The position numbers and the translations under genes were made by a program. Under the pieces are notes generated by a model, which saw only the letters and a program-made list of their open reading frames with translations, had not been told where the DNA came from and ran no database searches. Positions 1-50,644 of a stretch of DNA of 64,000 bases are shown here, piece after piece. Source of the DNA: Eledone cirrhosa (taxonomy: Eukaryota); the NCBI GenBank assembly GCA_964016885.1, contig OZ024751.1:32488001-32552000 (forward strand). The letters are read 5' to 3'. Each line of letters opens with the position of its first letter. Within the stretch, counting starts at the first letter, position 1.

Positions 1-308
1 ATAGCTTTTATAACTGAGAAAAATATATTGTTTTACATAGAGAGGTTGAAAAACCGTTGGAAGATAATGTATAAATTAAAAGAATTTGAAAATTAACGAA
101 GAGAAAAATAATGTAAAGTTAAGGTTTGTATATTGAAGGGTTTAATAATATGTGCGATGGAAAGAAAATGTTGATATGTATTATTAAAAAAACAAAAGTA
201 ATGTAAGTAAGGATATATTGTGAGATGAGCATGAGTAAGTTAGATGAAAGGGAGAAAAAAATAACGATATCTGCATTGCTTTATTGTACTACAATAAAAC
301 TCACCTCC

Positions 309-391
<83 letters not shown>

Positions 392-553
392 AGTAAGAAT
401 ATTTTCGAAACAGCGAGTGGGTTTGAAATTATTCGAAATGTAAGCTATCGCCGTATTTTGACTAAAGAAATTAAAGAAATTATTTAGCCTGATAGTGGGG
501 TTAAGAACCCTCGGAGAAATGGAAAAAGATGAGTATTGTACGTTTCTAATATA

Positions 554-643
<90 letters not shown>

Positions 644-681
644 TGTATGAATATATATATATATGTATATATATATATATG

Positions 682-836
<155 letters not shown>

Positions 837-982
837 TATGTATACGTACATACATATATGTATACAGACGTACAGTAGTATATATATATATATATACATA
901 CATGCACACATATATATATATGTACGTATGGATTCACCGAACATTTATTAAATGCTCGGTGTGTTTGTAAACAAACATCCAG

Positions 983-1118
<136 letters not shown>

Positions 1119-1158
1119 GGGGGGGAGATAGACAGGTAGAAAATACAATATTATTTAC

Positions 1159-35954
<34,796 letters not shown>

Positions 35955-37215
35955 CTAAAAAAAATGGAAACAAGGAACCTATTATTATAACAAGAAACTT
36001 ATTATTGTTCGAAGTCACAGCATCAAGTATAAATGATGTATTATAGACGACACTTCACATTCAATACACAGGGTTTCTCGTTTCAGTTACTCAGATGAAT
36101 ATAGCACATCTCCCTTACAATTCTCCGGGGAAACGCTTTCTCCATTCTGTCCGCCGGGAGTGTGGGGAGGCCAGCACATGGGACCCCATTTGCTCACCAT
36201 ACAGAGATATGGGAAGGGCGAGAGAGGTGGAGGCGATGACAGTGGGAGTTCGGCTTTTCCACGTTCGGGCCATATCCTTGTAATTGTGTTTAGAAGTAAT
36301 TCTATACTAAGAACGTGTCTATCCCCTAAATATATACTGCTATCCCCTAAATATATTAATTTTTAATATTCAATTCTTTATTAAAACAATATGGTGTTTT
36401 ATTTTAGCTGAAACATTCAATATCCTTCGATCTATTTCCTTGAACGGTAAGAATGTTGAAATATTCGCTGCTTGACAGTTCTCGGGATTTAGAGCGAACA
36501 AGAGTTAAATAGATATAAAACTAATATAAATATATTTTAAATATACGAATTAGAACACCGAGGAAGCACTTTTTCACACACTGCATTGTGCACTCACACA
36601 TACATACATGATGGATGCAAACTCTGCTAAGAGTATTGCAATCGCTTGTCAAATTCAGATGTGTGACGCTCGGATATGGGCTTTTCAAGCCTGCTAGAGA
36701 ATTGCACTCCTTCGCAGACTGGCGACAACTATGGATCTCCCTGGCCTGAGGTCTTATATCAGGCTGCTTGTGAACCCTCACAATACCGTGGAGATCATAG
36801 TTCACTGGTTCTCTTTGAACATGGCTACGACTGTGGCCCCTGAGACAAGATTTTCTCAAGCAAATTTTTCCACACTCATACATACATACATACACACATA
36901 AACCTGAATATATATATAAATATATATATAAATTATATTTGTGTATGTATATATATGCCTCAGTGTGTGTTTGAACACGGTGGGGTTGGGATATTAATTA
37001 TTAAATTACTAGACATCTCCCCTCGTGAAAGAAAAAAAGTAAAATGAATAACAAATACAATAATAATAAATTGATTTCATGCCAACCGTCAAGATGTTGG
37101 TTCACTTCCAGGTTACAGATTGTGTGTATATATACATGGATATATACATACATGTATATACACATAAATATATACATACATATATACATATATACATATA
37201 TATATACATACATAT

Positions 37216-37821
37216 ATGGTGGCTGCCAACTCGTTTTCGAGTACGGCCACTACTTTATATCCATGTAGGAGAACCCCTACCGATGCGCTGAACGAGTGTG
37301 ACTTTTTAGTCCAGCGACTTGAAAACTCTGGTACAAACACTACACTTGTGACAATTATTGACACATAGTGCTGGGCCCATGGTACCATGTGACGACAAGT
37401 GCAGAGAGATCTCCAGATATAAAGCAATGCCTGTGCCATGAAGCTTTTATAGTGAGCAAAGGCACTGCACAAAGCCAGTCCCACTCTCTTAACGAAGATG
37501 ATATTTACCAAAAAGAAGAACAAGTCAACATCATTGGATACCATCAGGGATGCAGGTGTTATATCAGAGTTTTTCTCCTAGAATTCTGCCTTGACAAAAG
37601 CTAAGGGGTCATCTCTCCCGGTGATTTTGGATGGCCATTGACTCTTAAGAGCTCCTTTACCCTTTGACAGGTTTTGTTTTTAGTCCTGCTCGATGTCCAA
37701 AGTCACCCTCCTCACCAAGAAACCTTGGTGGGTTTGCCAGTTTAGTCGCCAACGACCCGACCATGAGACAGGTTGTACTGGGATACATGTTACCAATAGC
37801 ACCAACTGGTGACCTGACATC
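37216..37821 (-). mobile_element. Family A RTE-like element, near full-length copy
   Basis: Reverse complement of 21948-22530 including the 5' GTCAGGTCACCAGTTGGTGC start. Confidence 0.7.
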
Positions 37822-38941
37822 TATACATATATATGTACATATATACATACATATATACATACATATATACATAATATATCATACATATATACATATATAC
37901 ATAATATATACATACATATATACATAATATATACTTACATATATACATATATATATACATACCTATCTAACTACCTACCTACCTACATACATACATGCAT
38001 ACATATATACATGCATAAATATATAAATTCCGGTGTTATCCATGGCTATAATTCTAGGTAAATCGAAGTGGCGATGGTGTTGTTTTTGATGGTGATGTTT
38101 GTAATGTTGTAGTGGTGTTGGTGATGGTGATGGTGATGGTGGTTGTAATGGTTTGTAGTGGGGATGGTGATGATGGTGGTGGTGAAGTTCGGTGTAATTG
38201 TGTTGGTGTTGATGCTGGATAGTGTTCTCAATTTACTGGTGTTGCAGCGGCGGTCAATGTGGTTATATAAGTTGTTTGTTAATATTGTTTAAGTCAACAA
38301 CTTTTAAGAGAGCGGAGCGATGAACAAACACAAGACATTCCAGCCGTGCCCAATTCCACAATTTGCTATTCTTTCTTTCCATTTATATTTAGTAGTAAAT
38401 CTAAGACTGCATTATGTAAACTATTGGGTCAGCAAGTATGAAATTTGTAGAAATTTTTTTTTTTCTACAAATTTCTACAAATTTCATACTTGACCCAATA
38501 TATTACGAATAAAAACTAGCAGGGTGTATTGGGGGAAAAACTGTATTTTAGAACCTTAAATTTTACCTTTGATGGATACCTTTCACAACTAGTGATAAAA
38601 AGGAAACATATGCACCTTGGCCCCCACCAAACTTTCATTACGTTCATTGTGGGTTTCTCTCTGCTTGAGTGCTGTTTTGGGTGGGTAGGAAACGGTTTGT
38701 GAAATCTAACATTTCAGGCTCCCAAGTACACGAGTCACCCTCGGTGGTTTTTGATAATATAGTCTTTAAAATCGTCGTTGTTGACGTTGCTGCTGTTTTT
38801 GTTTCTCCTCTTATTGTAAGTTGAGCGAGAGTGTCCGGAAAACCCCGCATTGAGCAGCTAATCTTAAAATTGCAAAATATTTCTAGAATTTGCCTCGAAG
38901 GAATAAATAAGTGAAATGATGAGCAAACGAGGAAGAATGAT

Positions 38942-39025
<84 letters not shown>

Positions 39026-40037
39026 CTATATAAACATATGTATTTATATATGGATTAATGGAGGTTTCTGTTTACACAGAGTGGTAAAGCACTTAGTACA
39101 GACAGGAGAATGGGTTTGTTTAGCTGTTTTCTTAGAAGCTAAGATTTAGAGGAATTTTATTTCTGAGTTTCACGCTTCCGATATTTCAAACGACACATTT
39201 TAACTATAATAAAGGAAGGGCTGCGGGATTGCGTCCAGAATATATTTGTTTACCCCGTTTGTAAAATAAGTTGGATTACTTTGAATAAATAATTAATGAA
39301 TACTACATAATTTATGTGCTAAATTTCGTGGCTGTATAATTTTAAAGATTAAGCTGTAAATATATTTTATAGCTTAATCTTTAAAATTCACTTCTTTAAA
39401 ATTATCAAATGTCAACACTTCCGGTTAGCGGCCGTTATATTATAACACTTATAATCGCATATATTTCCGTCGCTAATTTTCTCCTAATGCAGTTTATATA
39501 TAATGTCTTTTTTTTATATATATCATGGATTACTGATTACAGGCTTTGTTCAATTTCTGTGTATATTGTCAATTACGATTTTATTTGATGTATCATATTT
39601 ACATGCATATATGTTTGTGTATAATATCAATATACACTACACATATATATACTAGCAGAAAACCACCCGCTGCGTGGTTTTTCTGCTAGTATATATAATG
39701 ATACGTCAATATCAACGTAGATACATACTTGTATATACATATCCATATATAAGTACATACATACGTGCCTTCGTTATGTTTGAGAATTACGGTTAAATAA
39801 TACGGATGATGTTTTATTGAATGTAGTAAATAAATGCAGTTTAGTGTTAGAGAAAGTGACAGGATGAAAATATAGAGAAAATGTTCTCACATTTGCATTT
39901 TCAGTCTTTTTATCAACCAATTGATTTTTATATCGTATATATACACATACCTGCCTATCCATATTTCTTTGTGACATACTCTGCTATGTATTAAGTACCT
40001 TACTTACTGTGGTTACCTCCGATTCAACCCGGAATAA

Positions 40038-40114
<77 letters not shown>

Positions 40115-40528
40115 TCCTCGGAAATAAATGGGATTCATTTTAGGAAACGGACACACACATAAACACACACATGAACACACATAAATATATATATATTATA
40201 TATGCAAACAGACATTCATACACATGTATATACAAACAGACACCGAATGTTGGGAGTAAAACCAACCAGCAAGGAACCACTTCATGTTTGTTGGTTCCAT
40301 GACAGAATGTACCATTGCAAAATAGTGAGGTGAATATGAGGTGCCAAGAGCTGACGAAGTCAGTTGGATCAGATGCCAAATACAAACCTCTATGGAACTG
40401 TCTACATATCCAAAAATGACTGGCATTCAAAGGATGAGTGGGAAACACTGAGAGAGATATTAATATATATAATATATATGTGTGTGTGTGCGTGCGTCTG
40501 TATATGTATGTATATATTTATATATATT

Positions 40529-40607
<79 letters not shown>

Positions 40608-40879
40608 TGAAAGAGAGGGGGGGAAGAGAAAGTGAGAGAGAGGTGGAGGCTAGTAAGGAGAGTCTGCACGCGCGTCTGCCCGTGTTTTGGTGTGATAAGT
40701 GGATGGAGGTGGAAGAAGAAGGAAAGGGAAGGGAAAGAAAAAGGAGAACAAGGAAGAAACGAAGACGGGGAAATGAAGGAAGAGAATATAGACAAACAAC
40801 AACAACAAGAACAACCTTCACCTCAATAACTATTTACAATATTTACCAGACGGCAATAACTGCTAAATATTGTGCGTTA

Positions 40880-40911
<32 letters not shown>

Positions 40912-41054
40912 ACTTTATATATATATATGTATATATACATACATACATATATATATATATGTGTGTGTATATACATATATATACATACATATATACAAAT
41001 ATATACACATATATACATATATACATATTACATACATATATATATATATATAAA

Positions 41055-41131
<77 letters not shown>

Positions 41132-41250
41132 ATATAAATATATGGATATGTTATCTTATCTATGCATTCCTATATTTATGCCCATGCAGAGACAAACGCA
41201 GTTTTACACACACATGGCATTATGCTTCCATGTATGTATATATATATATG

Positions 41251-41336
<86 letters not shown>

Positions 41337-41361
41337 TGTATATATATATATATATATATGA

Positions 41362-41407
<46 letters not shown>

Positions 41408-41497
41408 TTATATATATAAATATATACATATATATATACATTCATATATATAAATATATACATATATATATATATATATATACATTTATATATATAA

Positions 41498-41528
<31 letters not shown>

Positions 41529-41543
41529 CATTTATATATATAA

Positions 41544-41658
<115 letters not shown>

Positions 41659-43157
41659 AAAATGTTTGACCCCGACGGCAGAGCTCAAGCCGTTTCGACG
41701 GCTATTTCTGGAGTCCAGAAATAGCCAATTATACTTAAAACAGGGTTTTAATCCTACACATGTTTCATTGTAGAGCGGTGGGCCTTACCACGATACATAC
41801 GAGTTATCTGCCCTCGCTCTACATATCTTCAGGAATTTATATATATATATATATATATATAGTTATTTATTATTTAGACACAAGCTCAATAGCTTTGGGA
41901 AGGGTAAGTCGATATTATTTTAGCATCAGCTGAATGTTGTTGACCTCGGTGGTAGATTAACTAAGAACGTAAATTTAAACAGTATGACCCATTGTCTGAA
42001 AAGCGTTTGCTCGATGCCCTGACGCTTCTGCCAATTCGCCTCCCTCCCACTATCCATGTAGCGGCCAAACCATTATAATATCATCTTATGCTAATGTATT
42101 TTTTCTTGCTTTCAAACTATTAGTCATCCATAGTTTGTACACCATTAAGCAGAAATTAAATATGTATTTGTAGATTAGTCTACTACTCGCAAATTAAATA
42201 TTGAATAATATAGTCATAGATATTGAAAATGCTATATTGTACATATATGGAGTTCAATGGTCCTCTTCCATTAACAGTAAACAGTGACAACACGATAACA
42301 CTGACGACTGCTCTCCTTATCTTACAATTCTCAGTCCAACTCTTTTAAAGATTAGTATGGTAAAATATTAATGGCCCTCCGTCATTTTTGATAATGAGTG
42401 TTCCAATTGTTGGTTCAACGGAAAGGCCGACATGCAAAATAAACATGCAAATGATTGAGCACTATAGAGGCACATGTAATTCTCAGGGAGATTCAATGTG
42501 ATATAATGTGTGAGAAGGCTGGGACCTTGAGTTTTAAGTACAGTCCGTCCAACAGCTTCCAACATCTACACAATTACACTCAGAAGCCTTTGCTTGGTTC
42601 GAACCCGGAACTTTATGACGGTGAAGCGAACTTCTTAACTATACAATGATCCTGTGTCCATAGACAGTATAGATTAAATATGGAGCAATTTAAATGATCT
42701 CTAGAAGAGCTAAAGTAAGGAAAAATGGCCCCACCCCTATTTCTGCGATTGTATATATTATGGGGTTAAATCCCCACCACCATTAGGTGTGGGTACTTTC
42801 ATCTGTAAATAGATATATTTAATGTATATCCGTGCTAGTGTGTGGGCATGTGTGCGCATGCTCGTCCCCGTGTGTGTCTGTGCGCCTGTGTGTCTGTGTA
42901 CTTATGCACGTGTGCGCATGCGTTGGACTGCATGTGTTTTTGTTTACATTGGTATTTTGTCTGAATGGTCGCTAATCCAGGATTAAAACAGCAGTAACAA
43001 CAACAACAGCTGTATTTTGTGTACACACTCATAAAGATCTGCGCTTAACACGATTTCAATGGAGTTAAACCACTGAAAATACCAGACTCCACCGCGGACA
43101 TGACGCTAGTCCATCGCTTGGTTAAACCACCCCGAACTACTACTGGTATGTTTTTTT

Positions 43158-43292
43158 TTCTGTTGAGTGGACTGGAGCAAATTGAAACAAAGTATTTTGC
43201 TCAAATAGAACACGCCGCCACGCCCAAAATTCGAACTAATGACCTTACGATCGGAGATACAATATACTAACCCCTTAGGCCATGTGCATTCA
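43158..43292 (-). mobile_element. tRNA-derived SINE, family 2, diverged copy
   Basis: Reverse complement reads GCACATGGCCTAAGGGGTTAG...AGTTCGAAT...TTGAGCAAAATACTTTG..TTGCTCCAGTCCACTCAAC. Confidence 0.6.
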
Positions 43293-43481
43293 TATACATA
43301 TATGTGTGTATACACACACACACACATATATATATATATTCTTAAAACGACTCCAGTTGCATTTTCGATTTCTTTTCTTTATATCTGCTATATCAAGCGT
43401 TAACCTAATATATCCCTTCCATATACTGTACCGATTGTGTTGTTATTTCTGTTTATCTTTTACACACACACCCACACACAC

Positions 43482-43532
<51 letters not shown>

Positions 43533-43834
43533 TGCACACGCATATACATGCATATGCAGAGATTTATTAGAATTAAAATCCACCCCCACTTTGATAATTA
43601 GTGTAATATATACCAAAATGTTCAGCCCTAGACATAGAGTTGGAGCAACTCCAGAAATTATTCGCAGAACAAGAAGTATCTCTCAGATTTCTTACTCCAA
43701 AACAGATGTGATTTACATTTAGCACCGACGAACACATACATCTATAAACACACACAAACGCACACACACACACGCACGCACACACACGCATGCACACACA
43801 CGCACGCACACACACACACACGCACGCACACACG

Positions 43835-43885
<51 letters not shown>

Positions 43886-44358
43886 GAACGCACACACATG
43901 TCCATACATACACACGCACCAGCCTGCTACTACCTTGCTCGCTTCCACCAAATATGTTGGTGGGTTTACCGGGGGTAATTGTTTTTTTGCTTCTTCCTCT
44001 CTTTCTCATATCAGGGGTAGGGGGTAAGAGTCTCTGTATATTTTGTTAAATTTTCACTCACACACATATGTGTGTGCGTATGTGTGTATGTATATATGTG
44101 TGCGTGTATTTTTCCATGTCTCTCTTCCTCTCTCATTTATTTACCTGTGAAAACGCAATGCCAACAATACTGTTCTCCGAATACCACCTCTATCATCACC
44201 ATCAGCATCATCACCATGATCAACATTAACATCATCATCGAACCATATAGCTTATGATATCTGAAGAATGCTAGGCAGGTGAATATGTGTCTTTATATGT
44301 ATATGAAAGCTCATATATCTGTATATATATATACATATATATATTTATATATATATGT

Positions 44359-44495
<137 letters not shown>

Positions 44496-44938
44496 AAATA
44501 TATTTTGTTTAATATTTTATCTTGACTCTGTATACCGTTTATCTTTCACCGAAAGTGATTTTTCATTACATCTCTTCTTTCCATGATATCCGGAATACAT
44601 TGAGTTCTTCATACGGATTGGACACTACCGTAAACTCTTGGTAGATTTATCTACATATATGTATATATATATATATAAATATATATTTAAATAAATATAT
44701 ATATAAATATATAAATAAATATATATATAAATATATATATAAATAAATATATATATAAATATATAAATAAATATATATATAAATATATATATAAATAAAT
44801 ATATATATAAATAAATATATATATAAATATATATATAAATAAATATATATATAAATATATATATAAATAAATATATATATAAATATATATATAAATAAAT
44901 ATATATATAAATAAATATATATATAAATAAATATATAA

Positions 44939-45005
<67 letters not shown>

Positions 45006-45098
45006 TGGGGGAGAAGAATACTGCATGGTTGCACATGGATAACATGTTATAAAATGAGTCCCTCATCAGTGATTTGCCAACGATCATTGGTATTTCAT

Positions 45099-45324
<226 letters not shown>

Positions 45325-45337
45325 TGTGGGTGTGTGC

Positions 45338-45379
<42 letters not shown>

Positions 45380-46749
45380 AACAAAGAAGTTGTAGTAAGA
45401 TATATATACACACCCGCATGCATATATATATATATATATATGTACGTATGTATGTATGTATGGCTGTATGTATGTATGTATGTGATGGATGTCCACTAGC
45501 GTGCGAAGATGACCCTTCCTGACTATTGTAAGAATCGTATTTTTGATAGTCGGTCTTTCAGCCGACACACTCTTGCATGTTTTCCGACACCCCTTACAAA
45601 GCAACGCACAATCACATCAATATGCATAAGTATATTCTGGTGTATAGCATTGTGTTTGTAACCCACCAATAGATTTGTAAACTTACCCAGCATGTTAGGT
45701 GATCTATTGTACAACATAAGTTGAGAATGTTTGAAAATGTTCACAGAACATGTTAATTGAATTCTAGGATAAATATATTTTAATATTGCAACTCCAAATT
45801 AATAAATTAAGTTATTTCTTTTGTTAAAAGAAGAAATAGAATTGAAAATTTCCATGAAAAATAAAAATAAATGAAAGAAAAACAACAAGAACTTGTAAAA
45901 TAGTTCAATCGGAGAAAAGGAAATCAAGGAGAAAATGAGAAAAAGAATCTATAAATAGAGATCAGAAGAGTTAATGAGTACATTTCATATATTTCATTGG
46001 TATGCTTGAAGGAAAAATGAAACAGCGATATATAAACCATACTTCCTGATTAAAACACATTAAAAAGAAATGAGGTGAAATTGTCTAATTACATCAACCA
46101 AAATCAGAAGTTGTAGATCATTGAAAAAACGAGGTTATATAAAATGGAAATAGAAAACGTAATCTATGTTTGGACAAAAAAGAGCCTCATTCTAAAAAAA
46201 AAAAAAACTTTCAGGATTCTACTAACCTCCCACATCCGAACTTTTTTTGTTAAATGTACACAGCTTTAGAGAGTATTTACTGAAGCACTGCAGTTCATTA
46301 TCAGCACCAGACTACACACTTACTAAGACCCCTCCATACACTTAGATACATAATGTATGTTTAGGTACCCACACATATATAATCAGACAGTAATGCACTC
46401 AGTAACTTTCCTCGCCTCCTTTATTATATTATTCTTTCAATTTCATCCTCAATTTCATTTTATCCTATTTCAATTATTCATACATTTATTATCTTTTTTT
46501 TAATTTGTATTTTTATTTATTTTTTAAATTTTAAATTTTTATTTCCATTTCTTCAACTTCCTTACTAACAACAGGAAACAACTTATTTTTATCAACGAAG
46601 TGTTGCGCCGCTTTGTATCTCTGCATTCAAACAACAGGAATTTAAAATTTTCTAACCGAAGTTGGCTAAGAAAATACTTAGATGAAGTCTTTACTTGCTT
46701 AAACTCAGAGTAACATATATTTTATATAAAGGTTTCTCTCCCCCCACCC

Positions 46750-46831
<82 letters not shown>

Positions 46832-47249
46832 CTCAATCAAAACTGTTGTGTTATGAATAAGTTGTCCCAAGCATAAAATCAAACCCGTAACTGCAAATTT
46901 TCCCTTGTAGGTCATTTATGCTGTTATCATTCAGTCGACCCGTCAGAACTCATTAGTTAGATTCATGATAAAAATTGTTTCAACGTTAGCCAACTCTTTC
47001 TTGTATATTTCGGAGTGATTACATTGTCAGTTGTATCCTCCAGTTCCTAAGATAGTAAGGTATAGTTTGAGATGATATATGCAAAGCTGGTAATATGCCT
47101 GTCCAGATGTGAAATGTAGTCCCTCAAAGCTGGTACTAGGGTAATTCCAGATGTGAAATGTAGGTCGGCAAAACTGGTAATAGGCCTATACAATATGTAA
47201 AATGTAGGTTCCCAAATTTGGTAATATGCCCACTCTAGATCTAAACTAT

Positions 47250-47617
47250 AATCCCAGACCAGATGTAAAACGTAGGTAATAATCCCAGACCAGACGTAAA
47301 ACGTAGGTAATAATCCCAGACCAGATGTGAAACGTAGGTAATAATCCCAGACCAGATGTTGAAATGTAGGTAATAATCCCAGACCAGATGTGAAACGTAG
47401 GTAATAATCCCAGACCAGATGTGAAACGTAGGTAATAATCCCAGACCAGATGTGAAATGTAGATAATAATCCCAGACCAGATGTGAAATGTAGGTAATAA
47501 TCCCAGACCAGATGTGAAACGTAGGTAATAATCCCAGACCAGATGTGAAACGTAGGTAATAATCCCAGACCAGATGTGAAACGTAGGTATTAATCCCAGA
47601 CCAGATGTGAAATGTAG
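47250..47617. repeat. 31-bp minisatellite (AATAATCCCAGACCAGATGTGAAACGTAGGT), about 12 units
   Basis: Directly visible, period 31. Confidence 0.93.
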
Positions 47618-47657
47618 GGTCTATTTCAACCTTTTCATTAAATATAATAGTAATTAG

Positions 47658-47802
47658 TGTGAAGGCGCATGGCTTACTGGTTAGAGCATTGGGCTTGCAA
47701 TAGAAAGGTTGTGAGTCCAATTCTTGGACCGGGTGATGTGTTGTTTCCTTGAGCAAGACACTTTATTTCAGTTGCTCCAGTTTACTCAGCTGTAGAAATG
47801 AG
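47658..47802 (+). mobile_element. tRNA-derived SINE, family 2, with a CORE/Meta-like central domain
   Basis: GGCGCATGGCTTACTGGTTAGAGC (box A-like)...CCTTGAGCAAGACACTTTA..TTGCTCCAGTTTACTCAGCTG; related minus-strand copy at 43158-43292. Confidence 0.65.
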
Positions 47803-48940
47803 ATGATAGGATTGGGGACCCTATCATTAAATTACCCAAGTCACCTCAAACGAGATATACCTTGGAGGAGGCCAGCTAAACCTGCATAGGTGTCAGCTGT
47901 CACACACACACACAGTATGTCTAAATGAGTATATACCTGTAGTGTATAGAGTGTATTTACAGGTAACAAAACAGAATAAAAGAACTAAAAGTTGAGGTGA
48001 TTAGGCCTCACATGAAAACGATAGGCGCATGCCAATTGCCCCACTTACCACAGTCTTTATTTTCGCATGGATCTAATAAATTTGGAGCTACTACGTTCTA
48101 CAGATCGAACTAGTGCTGCTTAGAGGGTTCACTATTTGCAAGATTGCTATATTTTTGCTTTTTTATCGACGTTGATAAAAAAGAAAGTAAAATTAGAAGA
48201 GAAATTCCGGTGGAATTCCAACACGTCTTAGCTACAACACTAGAGTCTGCACTAACAATGTATTAACAAGGATTTTCACTTCATTAAGTGGAGAATGTAA
48301 TCTACCTTTATCTGAACGACACGGAAAATACTATTCTGGTGTTATTTCGTTAACGAGCTTCTTTTCAGTTTTACGTAAAATATAAAACAAACGCATAAAC
48401 CTCACGATATGGAGAGAAGAAGGAGTGATATACACAAAGAGGGTCGGCCTAATCAGGTGATACACGAGCCAACGAGAGAAAGACATAAACAAATGACAAA
48501 TGGGTCAAACATGAATGTGGATGTATGAAGGTGGTGGTGGTGGTGGTGGTGGTGTTGATGGTGGTGGTGGTGATGGTCATAGTGTTGATGATGGTGGTGG
48601 TGGGGTGGTCATGGTGTTGATGATGGTAGTGGTGGTGGTAGTTCTCATGGTGTTGGAGCTGGCATCTTTCCGGTTAATAATGTTACATAGCGGAAAGAAA
48701 TGTAATATAAAAATTACAGAGAGAGGGAGAGAGAGAGAGAGATAGAGGGAGGGAGTGAGTGAGTGAGAGAGAGAGGGGGGGTGTAATTGAAGGTACAGAG
48801 CCGCAGTAAATAATGCAGACGGTACTTTAAGTATTGAGTTCTCTTATAAAGGTACCCATTACAAGACTTATCACTAGTAATAATAGTAATGATAATAATA
48901 ATAATAATAATAGTTATCATTTTTACTATTATATGCATAT

Positions 48941-49098
<158 letters not shown>

Positions 49099-49605
49099 CT
49101 CGGTTTTCCTCGTTGATTTACCAGTTAATTTATTGCTAGCCCAAAAAACTAATCTTGAAAGGCACAATAATTAATTTGAAACAATATAGCTCACAATCTG
49201 TTCGCAATCTATACAGAGTGGCGTTCGTATGCCCCTGTATATATATATATATATGTGTGTGTAGATATATACATGCATATATTATTTATATCTCTCTATA
49301 CATATATGTTTCTACATACCCATATGTACATATATATATATATATACACTCTCACATACATACACGCTACTGTTCCCGCCTTACTACTCTCTCTCTCTCT
49401 CTCTCTCTCTCTCCTTGGAACGATTAAATTCTCTCCTTATCAAAGAACATATAATGTGGAGAGATGTTGAAAGATGTTATGATGTTTGGCTACTCTCCAG
49501 ATCTCGTCTGCCTTATACAACTTTGCACGCTCTCATCTACCGACGAAACAGCTTTTCCTATTAAGTACCTCGAGTAATTTTTTTTCTTCAGGTTCAGGAA
49601 ACCCG

Positions 49606-49637
<32 letters not shown>

Positions 49638-49869
49638 CTACACAAATAGTTTTAACCTCTTGAATCCGGCGCTCCATGTCCCTGCAACTGCCATGATCCG
49701 TTACGTTCACAATCTGCCTTGTATTATTATCTTAGTTTTGTCTTAGTTTTGGTTTTAGACTTTATATTACACGAAACAACCAAAAGGAAACACCAACCTT
49801 GTTTGAAAGCAATAATAGTTGTATATTTCCTGCTTCTATTTCGGATGAGACATCAATATCGTCAATGTA

Positions 49870-49948
<79 letters not shown>

Positions 49949-50443
49949 TAAAATAACAGATTAAAGTTTAAGCAAAGAATCGCTGCTTTCACCCTACGGT
50001 TCTTATATATTTGATATATATTTATCCTTATCGAGCCCTCTTTGGATTTTAGTCTTCAAATTTATTATTATTACTATATATATATATATATATATATTCT
50101 TCATAAGTACATTTTAAACTTATAGCCTTGTTTAAATGATTTTTTGTGTGGTTAATTTATACTAATTGGGAGAAGAAATACTGTATATATTTTATCTAAT
50201 GATTCTTTGGACTTATATTTATATATATATATATATATATTTATCGGTATCATCAACATATCTATCTATCTATCTATCTATCTCTCTATCTATCTATAAT
50301 TAGAAAGTGAACAACACAATATATAACTACTCCATTAGCAAAGGTTTCAGGACCCTAGACGATATTAACATAAGTCTAGTTCGCTCATCAGAAAGAGGGG
50401 TTACACTCTTTTTTCCTTTGCCCTTTCTTCGGAAATACTTAAT

Positions 50444-50597
<154 letters not shown>

Positions 50598-50601
50598 ACA
50601 T

Positions 50602-50644
<43 letters not shown>

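Noticed and set aside
41680-41727. GTCGAAACG next to a stem, suggestive of a Penelope hammerhead ribozyme
   Set aside because: The required CUGANGA core is absent in all three copies.
47250-47617. Regular arrays of about 30 bp (also 29550-30240 and 54340-54990) superficially resembling CRISPR
   Set aside because: Head-to-tail units with no unique spacers, no cas genes, and a eukaryotic intron/exon context.
48050-48150. Minus-strand donor GTG|GTAAGT as a possible upstream filamin exon
   Set aside because: No filamin-like frame and no clear acceptor; a UTR exon cannot be supported from sequence alone.
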